Source: Chara braunii (lineage: Eukaryota > Plantae > Charophyceae). Taken from it: DNA of 57,153 bases. The stretch is taken from the NCBI GenBank assembly GCA_003427395.1, contig BFEA01000001.1:3133226-3190378 (forward strand), in the 5' to 3' direction. Positions 26,919 through 38,755 of this stretch are shown here, one piece after another; position 1 is the first letter of the stretch; each line of letters opens with the position of its first letter. Made by a program: the position numbers and the translations under genes. Under the pieces are notes generated by a model. The model did no database searches. It was not told the DNA's origin and worked only from the letters and a program-made list of their open reading frames with translations.

Positions 26919-27295
26919 GCTCTGGGCCAGTCCGGAACCAAATGTTTCCACGGAGCCACTATAGGCGGTGTCTCACCTAAGCCAACTCTAGACCAGCCTG
27001 TGCCACTCTAGTCTAGCCTGGAACCGAATGTTTTCCTCGGAGCCACCCTAGGCACTGTCTTACCCATGCCAACTTTGGACCAGCCAGAGTACCTATCGGG
27101 ATTATTTCATGGTTGGATTATATGGTCTAGGCTAGTCCAGAACCAAATGTTTCCTCGGAGCCACCGTAGGCAGTGTCAGTACCTAAGCCAACTCTAGACT
27201 AGTCTGTGTGTCACTCCAAACTAGTCCATAACCGAATGTTTCCTCGGAGCCACCCCAGGCAATGTCTTGCCTAAGCCTGAACTTTATACCAGCCT
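26307..27295. repeat. Array of ~80-120-bp units
   Basis: AGTCCGGAACCRAATGTTTCC-CGGAGCCAC-CTAGGC-GTGTCT-ACCTAAGCCAACTCTAGAC at ~26310, 26929, 27012, 27134 and 27223. Confidence 0.85.
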
Positions 27296-27334
27296 GTGTA
27301 CTTATCAGATATAGACATGATGAATGAGCATAGT

Positions 27335-27382
27335 ATGGAGTTGAACCCAGAACCTCCAGGTTAGAGCTCTACCCACTGAGCT
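27335..27382 (-). pseudogene. Truncated tRNA-like head (A and B boxes)
   Basis: TAGCTCAGTGGGTAGAGC...GGGTTCAACTCC; anticodon arm missing. Confidence 0.55.
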
Positions 27383-27481
27383 ATTGAGGTTATTTGTCTG
27401 TAAAGGCGCTATGCCAGGCCTGGGACAAGTACGTGGGGTGCAACCTACACCAACCAATTGTGCTCAGGGGAAATTCTGGGC

Positions 27482-27546
27482 TGACAAATCGAACCCACAA
27501 CCTCCCCATTGCAACACCGGAGCTCTGCCCACTGAGCTACCATGCA
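27482..27546 (-). pseudogene. tRNA-like head (Ala/Cys-like)
   Basis: GGTAGCTCAGTGGGCAGAGCTCCGGTGTTGCAATGGGGAGGTTGTGGGTTCGAT; acceptor stem does not pair. Confidence 0.6.
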
Positions 27547-27605
27547 CTTGCTTACCAGCTGGTCGTCTCGAAGGTAAGACGCCAAGCATGCCACAGGCAC
27601 TATCG

Positions 27606-27678
27606 TGGGGACAATGGGAGTTGAACCCACGATCTCCTGAGTGCCGCTTAAACGCCTTACCAACTGAGTTACACCCAG
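27606..27678 (-). pseudogene. tRNA-like head or pseudo-tRNA
   Basis: GTAACTCAGTTGGTAAGGC...GTGGGTTCAACTCCCAT; T-arm pairs, anticodon and acceptor stems are poor. Confidence 0.65.
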
Positions 27679-27715
27679 CTGGCATGCTAACGGGGAGTGA
27701 GAAGCACAAACAGTT

Positions 27716-28087
27716 GAGATACTTCTTCCCAAAAAAAAAAGGGAAAAAAAAAAAGGGGAAAGGGATGCCAAGCTGTGAACGGGATTAGTCTGTTGTTGCC
27801 CATATGCGTAGCCAGATACATTGTGGAAAGTGCTAACATTACTGTGAAGCCCTAACATTGAAAGGGATGACAGGTACTGAATGTTCCTTGTCTCTCAAGG
27901 GGAGTACAAAAGACAGTCGAGATACATCTTCCAAAAGAAAAAAGAAAAAAAAAAGGGGGGGGGGAAAGGACACGAGATCTGAACGCGATTGTCCTCAGAT
28001 CCATCCTCTGCTGCCCATAACGTCTATGAGATACATTGTGGAATGCTCCCATAAAGGCTAGCAGATACTTTGTGGAAAATGCCAACA
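27716..28087. repeat. ~200-bp repeat family with internal purine/A-run, about 2 units
   Basis: AGATACATTGTGGAAAGTGCTAACATTACTGTGAAGCCCT...TTGAAAGGG; further copies at 44590-44860 and 45290-45405. Confidence 0.8.
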
Positions 28088-28396
28088 TGTGGCGGACCCA
28101 CCGGGAGAGGTGCTCCGCCTGGGATACAAATGGAGATGGAGGATGAGGGAGGAGCGAGATGGCACATCGCAACTCCCGCGCAAGACTCCAATGCACATAC
28201 TTCAAAATGTGCGAATGTAGAATGAATTGGAAAACAGACAACAGTTGGGGTATACCCCAACGGACTGACGGGACTGGACTGGACTGGCTGGTACCGACAG
28301 AGGTACCGGCCTGGACTGGACTGCCCTGAATACAACACAGGCCTGTGAGAACAGGCCAAGGGGCTGGTCTCACAGGCCAACCAGAGGTCCGCTACA
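28088..28396 (-). repeat. 3' LTR
   Basis: TGTGGCGGACCCACCGG...CGCTACA, a direct repeat of 37524-37832 with scattered substitutions. Confidence 0.93.
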
Positions 28397-28571
28397 CAAT
28401 CCTCGGCCTGTGATAGATCGCCTAGATACAAGCACGCTTCCGCCAAGAAGCGGAACTCTGCCAAAGAAAAAGAAAACCTGAGTAGTCTAGGATGCGGAGG
28501 TCTGCCTCAGATGGAGCAGGCTCGACTTCAGCGGTCTCCTCAGCCAAGGGACAAGGAGGAGGGTCGGTGGG

Positions 28572-29930
28572 CTAAGGAGGATCAGTCAACCCAGGAGGGT
28601 CAGCACAACGAGCACCGTCATAGGCACGCACCAACATACGAGCGTGCTGCAAGTGCTCAAGGGGCTCCCAAGTAGCCTCCTCATTAGGGTAACCCTTCCA
28701 ACGTACGAGATACTCGACATGGGAAGGGTTGTCGTCCGTGACTCGGCGACCAATGATGTCTGAAACGAGGAACTCCTCATGGTCGTCCACCATGATGGGT
28801 GAAGGGCGCTCGTATGGTCGTCCGGCGAAACGCTCAGATGGTCTGCGGTAGGGACGCAGTAACGAGACGTGGTACACATCGTACACACGAGTCTGGCGTA
28901 GGTAGTCGGGCATCTTCACACGGAAGCTGACCGGGCTAGAAGCTGTATCAGAACCGATGGCCTAGAGAATGCGGCATGGGCCAAAGAAGCGACGCCGAAA
29001 CTTGCGAAGCGTGTCCGCTTCGAGCTGTAAGTGGCGGGCGTCGATAAGCACATCATCACTGACTTTGAATGGATGATTCATCCATGGTCTGTTCGCATGT
29101 GCGGCCATGCGAGTCTGGGAGACGGCTATGTGCTCATGTGCGGTCTTCATGATCGACGTCATGTGTGCAACCCAATCATCTAGCGCGAGACAACTCGTGT
29201 CGGGGTGCATCTGTGACGGTCGAAGAAAGTCCGCGGGAACATGAGGGTGATAGTTGAGGTCGCAATAGTAAGACGACATCCCCGTGGTTGGCGAGACGAC
29301 GTGGTAGGTTATCTCCGCGTGGGCAAGATGGAGATCCCACTGCTGGTCGTCACAAATAATCTTTCGAAGAATATCTCCGAGAGTCCTGTTCGTGACCTCG
29401 GTCTTACCATCAGTCTGGAGATGGTAAGACGAGGAGAAGTGGAGCTGGGTGTCGTACACCTCGCGGAGTCGTCGCCAGAATCGGCTGGTAAAGCGCGGGT
29501 CACGGTCAGATATGATGCTCAGAGGTAAGCCATGGTCACGCACAACTCGGTCAAACACGATGTCGGCGACCTCACGTGCACTGATGGCATAGCGGCACGG
29601 AACAAAGCGTGCGTGCTTCGTGAAGTGGTCAATGACGACCAGGATAACATCATGACCGCAGAGGGTCGGAGGAAGAAGGGGACCGATAAAGTCCATCGAG
29701 ATGGACTGTCAACGACCCTCAGGGATAGGAAGAGGCTGGAGCAAACCATAAGGCAGGTGGTTCTCACTGTTCACCTCCTGACAGGTGGGACACTCTGCGA
29801 CGTAGTCCTTCACAAAGTCCTTGCGCTTCGGCCAGACGTACAGGCGGCTCACACGAGCCAACGTCTTGTGGAAGCCCATATGACCGGCGACTGCCTGGTC
29901 ATGGAATTCTGCTACTGCCCGGACACATAG
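28572..29930 (-). pseudogene. Integrase and chromodomain
   Basis: MDFIGPL, VVIDHFTK, SIISDRDPRFTS, YHLQTDGKTE, GPCRI; chromodomain EEFLVSDII...EYLVRWKGYPNEEATWEP. Confidence 0.93.
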
Positions 29931-29984
29931 TTGTCCAGTGGAGGGAACGCAAATACGAGGCTCTCTAGTGCCTTGTGAACCGTG

Positions 29985-31600
29985 TCAGTACACAAGACCG
30001 CTGTCCCCAAGAGAGTAGTTCGGGACGGTCTTGCCACTTTGAAGGGTCGCATGGATGTCGCGATAGTCAGGGCAGTGGCGGTACTGAATGAGAAACTCGT
30101 CGATCACCGAGTGGTGGACAGTGGTGACCGAGATGGCAGCGAGCTGGAGCTGCTCCTGATCATGGTCAAGGCGTCGGGATAAGGCATCTGCGACCCGATT
30201 AGTCTCACCCTTGATGTGCTCAGTCGTGAAACTAAACTCGGATAGGTCGCGCCACCAGCGAGCCTGTCGAGGAGTGAACTTCGGTTTTGTCAAAAAAGTC
30301 TGGACAACAGAGTTGTTCATGCGCACCGTGAATGGTGCACCGTGCAGGTAGTGACGCCAGTGCCGAGCGGCATAAACTACTACGAGAACCTCACGTTCAT
30401 CAGCAGTGTGGTTTATCTTGGTGGGCAGGAGCTGACGAGAGTAGAAGGCTATCGGACAATCACCTGAGCGAGACTCGAAATGCCGTCCTCGGCGATGGTA
30501 GGAGAATAGTCAATAGAAGGCTCGTCAGTAGTGGGACGATTAGGCGTCAGGCGAGAAGCAGTGATAGGGGTAGGGGGTGGGAAGCGAGGGATACGAGGAT
30601 GAGAGAAATCAGGAGAAGAGGGGAAAATCTGAGAAAGCATTAGTCCTACAACAAAGTCTGGCGCATTGGTGGTAATGATAAAAGGGCGATCAAAGTCGGG
30701 TAGGTGAAGAACCGGTGCACATGTCACCGCCTTCTTGAGGGCACGGAAGGCGTCCTCGTGGAGGGGTGTCCAAGCCCATGGCGGGTTCTTTCGGAGAAGG
30801 GTGGAGGTAAGGACGTAGGAATACCTAGCGTATCCCTGGGTGAAAATTACTATAGTAGTTGGTAAGGCTAGGAAGCTGCGAAGCTGCTTGGCAGATGTGG
30901 GGACGGGCCACTCCGCAATAGCAGTGATCTTCGCGTCGTCCATGTGGAGACCCTGGTCAGACACGTAGTGTTCTAAGAAATACACTTTGTGCTGGGCAAA
31001 GCGGCACTTGCTCAGCTTGGCGTAGAAGCCATGTCTGCGCAAGCAGTCAAGGACGTTGCAGAAGTGTCTGAGATGCTCCTCAAGGGTACGATTGTAGACC
31101 ATGATATCGTTGAGGTAGACGAGAACGTACTGCTCTAGGATGTCCCTGAAGATGTCGTTCATCGCGCTCTGGAAGATAGCGGGTGTGTTGGTGAGGCCGA
31201 ATGGCATCACCGTAAACTCGTAATAGTCGAAGCGTGATCGGAACGGTGTCTTTGGATGGTCCGCTGCAGCGACGCAGATCTGATGGTAACCCCTACGAAG
31301 TTCAATCTTCGTAAAGAAGCGGTTGCCTGCTAGGCGGTCGAACAGCTCGTCGGAACGAGGCATGGGGTAGTTGTTCTTAATCGTGTAGCGGTTNGGCATG
31401 GGGTAGTTGTTCTTAATCGTGTAGCGGTTGAGACCACGATACTCAATGCAGAGACGGAGAGTTTCATCCGCTTTGCGAGCAAAGAGGACGGGTGCACCCC
31501 ACGGGGAGTTGCTGGGTTTAATGAAACCCAATCTCAGGAGCTCCTCAAGCTGACGCTTGAGTTCGGTGGCCTCGGGGATCGAGAGTCTGTAGGGTACCTA
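29985..31600 (-). pseudogene. Gypsy RT and RNase H
   Basis: [24 protein letters not shown] (YLDD mutated), LSKCRF, LPDFDRPF, RQARW, NRVADALSR. Confidence 0.95.
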
Positions 31601-32299
31601 GTGGTGAACACGATAGTCAGGCACAAGTTGGATGGAGTGCTCGACGTCGCGCATCGGTGGGATACCAGCGTACGAGAACAATGATGGGAAAACGTCGTGG
31701 TACTCTCGAATGAGGTCACAAACTGCGGGCTCCAGGTCAACTGTATATCGTGCGAGTTCCTCAGCATCAGCGTCAGTGCGCGACGGCGGGGTGGACTCGA
31801 CGGACGGTGGAGGGTGGGAAGTAGAGATGGGAGCCATGGAGATAGAAGGAGGATCTGGCTCCAGTGGGATGAGCTCGACGTCAGGACAGGGTGGATCATA
31901 GTGTAAGAGATCCATAACATTCACCATAAAGAAGGTGACGTCGTCCTGTCGAATAAAGTGAGTGAACTGCCGAGGCGAGGTAACAGTGATCGTAGGAGAT
32001 GGTGTGGGCACGGAAGGCTCCGGGGGAGGAGGATCGGGACGTGGTGTCGCAGTGGTACCTATGAAAGGTACGCGATACGTCTGTCCACACTTCGTTTTTA
32101 GAACGAGAGTGTTGGTCGCCCAATCGGCCTCGGTGCTGCGGAACCGACAAGAGCACGGAGTACCGAGAATGAAATCGTACCCCGTTTCCATCACATCGAA
32201 ATATGCAGAGAAGCGGTGGCGACGAGACGTCGGGGGACGATCAGTCGACTCGAGAGTGAGGAAGAACGGGAGGTCGGTGACCATCTGATCGAAGAAGCG

Positions 32300-35200
32300 T
32301 TAAGTCTTGTCATCCCCTAGGGTAATAGAGATGGGGATCGGAGACCCTGTCGTGGGTAAGCGGGCTTCTTTCACCACANNNNNNNNNNNNNNNNNNNNNN
32401 NNNNNNNNNNNNNNNNNNNNNNNNNNNNNNNNNNNNNNNNNNNNNNNNNNNNNNNNNNNNNNNNNNNNNNNNNNNNNNNNNNNNNNNNNNNNNNNNNNNN
32501 NNNNNNNNNNNNNNNNNNNNNNNNNNNNNNNNNNNNNNNNNNNNNNNNNNNNNNNNNNNNNNNNNNNNNNNNNNNNNNNNNNNNNNNNNNNNNNNNNNNN
32601 NNNNNNNNNNNNNNNNNNNNNNNNNNNNNNNNNNNNNNNNNNNNNNNNNNNNNNNNNNNNNNNNNNNNNNNNNNNNNNNNNNNNNNNNNNNNNNNNNNNN
32701 NNNNNNNNNNNNNNNNNNNNNNNNNNNNNNNNNNNNNNNNNNNNNNNNNNNNNNNNNNNNNNNNNNNNNNNNNNNNNNNNNNNNNNTCGGAGACCCTGTC
32801 GTGGGTAAGCGGGCTTCCTTCACCACGCGTGGGTGAATGAAGTCGCCCTGAGAACCGGAATCCCACAACGCTGAGTACACCCTCGTGAAGGTCCCCAGTC
32901 GTACTGGAATGATCGGGAGGGTGCGATCAGGGTCAGAGCGGATGGTGAGAAGGCGACGAAGTGCATCGACATAGAGGGTGAGTCGCTCCTGACGAGCCTG
33001 GAGCATGCTCAAGTCCAGAAGAGAGGACACAACGTCCTCGCGAGTCGCAAGTTGCTCGCTGCAACGGGCTGAGCGAATGGCTCGACGTGTCGGTAGTCGC
33101 GGCGGGGTAGGAGGGGAGATGGTGGTCTGCGAAGGCGCAGACAAAACTGCGACGGACGGTTAAGTACACTCTGCGATACCTCAACTCCAGTAGCGAGAGG
33201 GGCAAACCGCGACGGGAATGTCGGGAAGCCGACTACTGAGGAGGGCGCAGGTGTACACTGCACCGTGGTTAGGAGGCACCGCGGGATGCGAGGCGTCGGG
33301 GGGGGACTGAGCACGACACTGGCGGGAAAGGTCAGCGTAGTGGCGGTCGAGGGCGGCGGTGTAAGGGCACCGCGAGGAGGTATGACCGTCCTGGCGGCAG
33401 CGCAAACATCCACGCCGGCCCAAAATGGTTGCGTGCGGAAAGGACACCGCGAGGAGGGACAAAGCCCTTAGGGAGGTCCTGTTGAGGGACCTCGGGGGGC
33501 GACGCGCCAGCGTAACCAGAGCGGCTGCGTGCCCGGGAGAGGGTGGAGAGGATGAGCTGGAGGCGCTCGGTCATAGGGAGAGTAGAGTCCTCTAGGTGGT
33601 AGTGGACGGCCTCGCCGAGGTCGAGGTCGTCGCTATGGTCACCCTCTGGCGACAGCGGGGCAACAGCATCCTGCTCACCATACTCGAGTGCGTTGAAGCG
33701 GTGAGAGAAGTGGCGGCCCTGCTGCACAGAACGGCGGGGGCGACCGCAGAAAGGGGAACGGCGCTGAGAAGTGTCGTGAGAGGAGGAGGGGGGGTAACCA
33801 GTACGCTGAGGCTGGGAGGAGGAAGTGTGTTGAAGACGGGCCTGCATCCGTTGATGGTCCCTGGCGACCTCATAAGCCTTCGGGGCCGATGTGAACTCCT
33901 ACCGCCATAACTCGGAGCGGTACTCGAGGGGAAGGTTGGCCAAAAAACGATCAATAAGGGCAGCCTCGGGGAGGAACACCACATCACAAATGAGGCGGGC
34001 GTCCTGAAAAACCTGGATGTGGCGATCCAGGCCGGCAACGCCACCAGTGTTGGACCAGCGTGTAGTGACGACACGCTCGAAGGCGTCAGTCACGTCATGT
34101 CGGGCTCCGAAGCGATCCTCGAGGAACACCTGGAAATCCATGAAGGTCGGAGTCCGACCCGCACAAAGGGAGTAAGCGTAGAAATCCTCCCATGCGTCGA
34201 AAGGACCGCTACGCAGGCGCTTGGAGAGGTGAGTCACGCACGTATCGGGTGGGGCGCCCATGAGCTGGAGGGTGTGGGTGGCAGACTGTAGCCACCGAGA
34301 CACGTGTATGCCTGTACCATCATACAAGGCAATGTCCGTCAAGCGGACGAGTGGTGCGCCACCATTTTGTCGGCGAGGAGAGCGAGGAGCAGAGGCCTGC
34401 GCTACGGCCGAGTAAGTCGGCGCAGGTCCTGGAGAAAGAGGTCCAGCTGACTGTCCGCCCGGGCCGCATGGTGGAGCGGTGGGGGGAGCGGCGGCAGGCT
34501 GCGAGGGAGCTACGGTCGAAGAGGTCATAGCAGCCGAGGGAGTAGGAAGGAGGTAGGATGGGGGTGGAGGGGGTGGAGGGGGTGCGGGGCGGGGGAAGCG
34601 AGCCGGCAAGAAGGGAAGAGTAGAGGAAGAAGGGGGTGCGCCGGAAGGCGAGGCCACCTGTGAGGGTAGTGGTGGTTGAAGGCGTGAGAGGGCGAGGTCG
34701 GCCCGGGTCTGGGCAAGCTTGTCCTCGAGACGTCGAACATAGATAGAGCGAGGAGTGGCAGGAGTGGACGCACGAGCGGCGAGAGGCATCCCACAAGGGG
34801 GAGAGCCGGATGGCGTTGCGGTTGTGCGAAGGGGGGGGAGAAGCGAGGCACCCGAAAAAGTTGAGACTGTGGCAGGGGGCTGTGGTCCAGTGGACGTAGT
34901 GACCGAAGTCTGGGCGGGTGCGGTCGCAGAGTGAAGAGAGCGGTCGTCGCACTAGGGGCATGGACGGTCACCAGGATAGTCGGGTCGGGGGTGGCGGAGG
35001 AGGAAGCTCCACCTTTGCCACCACGTCGGAGGTCTGGGGACCCGGACTGGGAGTCAGGAGAAGAGAGGGAGTCAGGAGATGAAGGGCAGGCAGCGCCCTA
35101 GAGTTGCCGCATGCCAGCGCCGAGAGTCGCCACCTGCGCATGTAAGGGCGCGAGGGTCGCGAGTTGCGCCTAAATGGGCGCGAGGAGGGTGTGCAGATCC

Positions 35201-35300
35201 CCCTGGGGCTGATGGCCCTGGTCCGTCGGCACGAATGTGGAGCCCAATGCCGAGGTCGTCGCCGCCGGCTTGGGATACGCCGTCGGCCATAGGGAGGTAA
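32300..35300 (-). pseudogene. Gag (CCHC knuckle) and aspartic protease
   Basis: YDG...WL capsid-like segment (33899-34789); CLRCRQDGHTSSRCP; ALWDSGSQGDFI. Confidence 0.85.
32379..32785. other. Assembly gap, probably a false gap between overlapping contigs
   Basis: The same ~40-bp sequence GGAGACCCTGTCGTGGGTAAGCGGGCTTC-TTCACCAC flanks both sides. Confidence 0.85.
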
Positions 35301-37123
35301 CGGGCCGGACTAGAGAGGGTCAGGGGAGGTCCGCGTGAGCAGAGGGCGTACGGGGAGGTCTACGATAGAAGGCGATGGGCGGCGCTAGTAAATTGAGCGC
35401 GGACGCCGTCAAAGGGGAAGGGGTGGTTCGGATCCAGGGTGGCCGAATGAGAAGGGAAGGTAAGGGGGTTAGGAAAATCCTAAACCCTAGAAAAACCCTA
35501 AAAAAAACCTAATCGGAGTTGGGGTGGTTATGGTAGGGTACCAATGACCTAATCAAGAAAATAAAATAGCAAGCATAAAGGGGAAGGCGGGAGGAAAAAT
35601 AAATAAACAGCGAAATTTCGAGAGAAAAATAAAAATAAATAAGGAAATAAATAAATAATTAAAATAATTAAAAAAATAAGGAAACAAAATGTGAAGAGAG
35701 AAATAATATTTATTTTTTTAGAATTTTCGGCCGCATTTCCCTCCCCCCCATAGGGTCAAGAATGTGCCAAGGGAAATGAGAGACCAAGATATGCACACTA
35801 GGTTTCAAAATGCCATAAATTAAAAATTTCGAAAAATAAATAAAGGAATAATAAATAAATAAATAAATAAATAAATAAGTAGATGAGGAGGTGAAGAAAA
35901 ATTAAGTGTGGGACTTTTTAAAAATTTTGGCAACATTTCGTTACCCTCATGGGGTCGAAGTGTGCCGCCAAGAAGAAAGGCTAAGTAAAATGAGAAGATT
36001 TTTCCACACCTCTCTACCCCCAAGGGGTCAAAATCTGCTGAAAAATACTAAGTGAAAGAAAAACAGAAAAATTTCAGCAGCACTTCGTTACCCCCACGGG
36101 GTCAAAATGTGTGTCGAAAGCAAGAAAGACCAACTTCTAGTCAGATTTAAGGGTACCGCAAAGAAATTCGAATTTTCATAATTAAAAAAAAAAAAAAAAT
36201 CAAAAAATTAGAAGGGAGGGGGGAGGAATAAGATAATTCAATTTTTTGAAGAAAAGAGAAGATTTAAATCAAAGAGAAAGTGAAAAGAAGAAAAACAGAA
36301 AAATTTGAAGTAGGGGGGGGCAAGGGGATGAAAGAGTGATGAAGAAGAGAGAAATAGATGAGAGGGAGAGAAAGACTGGAGTGGGAGATGGGGAAATCAG
36401 ATTAGTAGAAGATGGTGAGTGGGGAGGAGAGGAGAGAAAAAGGTGGTGGGAGATGAGTGAAGAGGGAGGTGGGAGGAGGGGGGTAGTGGTAGAGTTAGCA
36501 AGGATGATTAGATGATGGGGGGAGAGAAAAGGGGTTGGGGGAAAGTAGGTTAGTCGAGAGAGATAATACCAGGCTGTTGTTTGACCAAGAGCAAAGCACT
36601 ACCAAGATCCACAGGATCTTGGCCTTCAAGGTGTTGCTGGCCTGATGCCACAATAATAAAAAGATGATGATGATGATCTAGGGTTGGCTGAGATCTTGAT
36701 CAGCCACTCTACTTTCGCAGTCACACAACCCCCTAGCCAGGGGGGGAATCTTGAGCTGCTGCGAAACTACTACTGCAGCAGTAGAAAAATAGTAAAAGAA
36801 AATAATGAGGTGCAGCCCCCTAGCCAAGGGGGTCTTCAGTCTTCAAAGCAGGCTGCCACGTGGCATTGCAGATGGCCATATCACAGCCACCAGCGCCGGA
36901 AACTCGTCCGACCCCCGCTCCAACCTGACCTCCAAACCCGCCGAAACGTGTGTGTGTGTGGGGGGGGGGGGGGGGGGGCGCGAGATCATTCGCCACGTTA
37001 CCTCCTATCTCCAGAACCCTGAAACTCGGCCCCGGAACTGATCCTACCCCTCCCTCCGACTGCACTTCCGAACTCGTCGACGGGGGGCGCAAAAAGCTCC
37101 CTCCGTCCGTTCCAGCCACCTTC

Positions 37124-37202
37124 GCCACTTGGCGCAGTGGTTATCACACCGTCTCGTACCGTCCACCGCCGCCGGATGCCCGGGTTCAAACCCCACGCGC
37201 CA
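37124..37202 (+). pseudogene. tRNA-derived (SINE-like) head inside the gypsy leader
   Basis: A box TGGCGCAGTGG and B box GGTTCAAACC at tRNA-like spacing; no anticodon stem. Confidence 0.55.
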
Positions 37203-37509
37203 CAAACTGCGTGATTACCATCACGGGACACAAAGAAAATTTCCGCAGCCCAAATATGGCAGCGCCGCCAGTCGGGCTGGCAGATCTTGCTGCTTCGGTC
37301 CTCTGCCAAAAGCGGCCAAGCACTGCTGTTGTCCGCAATGATTGCAGCTGCCCTACACAATGCTGCTTTTCGCCTGTTGCAGCTCCGTGGCGCTCGTAAT
37401 GATGGCGGGCAGATCTTCTACACTACTTTCCCAGTCGGGGAAGTACAACGTCGTCCACTACCGGACAGCAGGATGACTAGGCTTGGTGGGCGGGATCAAG
37501 GATCGATCC

Positions 37510-37522
37510 CGCTCCGATACCA
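37510..37522 (-). promoter_or_regulatory. Primer-binding site for tRNA-iMet
   Basis: Minus strand TGGTATCGGAGCG starts 1 nt after the 5' LTR; the canonical form is TGGTATCAGAGC. Confidence 0.9.
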
Positions 37523-37523
37523 A

Positions 37524-37832
37524 TGTGGCGGACCCACCGGGTGAGGTGCTCCGCCTGGTATACAAATGGAGATGGAGGATGAGGGAGGAGCGAGATGGCA
37601 CAACGCAGCTCCCACGCAAGACTCCAACGCACGTACTCCAAAATGTGCGAATGCAAAATGAATCGGAAAACAGACAACAGTTGGGGTATACCCCAACGGA
37701 CTGACGGGACTGGACTGGACTGGCTGGTACCGATAGAGGTACCGGCATGGACTGGACTGCCCCGAATACAACACAGGCCTGTGAGAATAGGCCAAGGGGC
37801 TGGTCTCACAGGCCAACTAGAGGTTCGCTACA
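37524..37832 (-). repeat. 5' LTR
   Basis: TG...CA ends, adjacent to the PBS. Confidence 0.93.
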
Positions 37833-38442
37833 CAACGGGTCAAATGATTGGGCGATGGGCGACGGATGTTGCGGCTGGCGGCTACGCTCGGTCCCCACGC
37901 TGCTTACCGTTTCGGTAAGCCTGTCTTGCGCGGACGTTCTCGACTTTAAAACGTTTCCATAGGTGATCCCCTGACTTTGACGAAGGGCTATGGCGATTTC
38001 GCCATAGTGACGGTATCAGCAGACAGTTTATGTCCCTGCCAAACCCCTTGTCCGAGTTATGTGTAAGTATCTCGTGTAGAACTTTGTACTCCAACTATCT
38101 TCCGCTATATCAAGGACTTGTTGCTAGAAGTTTCATAAACGTAGGGTTAGCATGGAGCCGAAAAGCACCCCTAAGCGGGAACAGGATGCCAGATTTCAAG
38201 TTCCTCGTAATTATCAATTGGAAGAAGACAGTGAAGGAGATGATCCGAGCCTGCTATGAGAAAGGGATCCTCCCTACCAACATTGACATTGGGAGATGGT
38301 GGTGGAAGGAAGGAAAGTCAAATTAGTTTTGAATGTTGCTGTAAACGAAATCAAGGTGAAATGGTTGAAGGCAAGAACGGTGCCAATCATCTTTCGGGAC
38401 GGAGCTCGCTTCCTTCCAAAGAACGTAGAGGAGGATGTGGTC

Positions 38443-38755
38443 TGCAGCTGGCCTCTATCTACCCTGGTCAGGGCCTACCGGGTTATTTGCCTGTTCGGCC
38501 TGTGGGACCAGGCCGTGGCCTGACCCCACAGGCCGTGTGCTGTTCTAGTCCTGCCCGGTACCACGGTCGGTACCAGGCTAGTCCAGTCCAGTCCAGTCAG
38601 TTCGCTGGGGTATAACCCAGCTGGAGTCCGTTTCCAGCATCATTCTTCATTTGCACACTTTGGAGTACGTGCGTGTTGAGTCTGCGTTGGAGCTGCGTTG
38701 TCCCTTCTATCTCCATCTCCATCTCCTCCATCCTCATCCCGGCGGGTCCGTCACA
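38443..38755 (+). mobile_element. Solo LTR related to the neighbouring gypsy LTR
   Basis: TG...CA ends, perfect 5-bp TSD TGGTC (38438-38442, 38756-38760); shares (CCAGT)n, GGGGTATA and CATCTCCAT...GGTCCG-CACA with the reverse complement of the 309-bp LTR. Removal restores the LINE frame EEDVVRAYKDAW. Confidence 0.92.

Larger units (their letters stand above)
28088..37832 (-). mobile_element. Full-length decayed Ty3/gypsy chromovirus-type LTR retrotransposon
   Basis: Two 309-bp TG...CA LTRs, iMet PBS, and gag-PR-RT-RH-IN-chromodomain order. Flanks CAACA (28083-28087) and CAACG (37833-37837) fit a 5-bp TSD with one mismatch. Confidence 0.95.

Noticed and set aside
27335-27678. Functional tRNA genes
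   Set aside because: Acceptor and anticodon stems do not pair properly.
31355-31430. Duplicated [11 protein letters not shown] in the RT
   Set aside because: The duplicate is centred on a single N, so it is a contig-overlap artefact.
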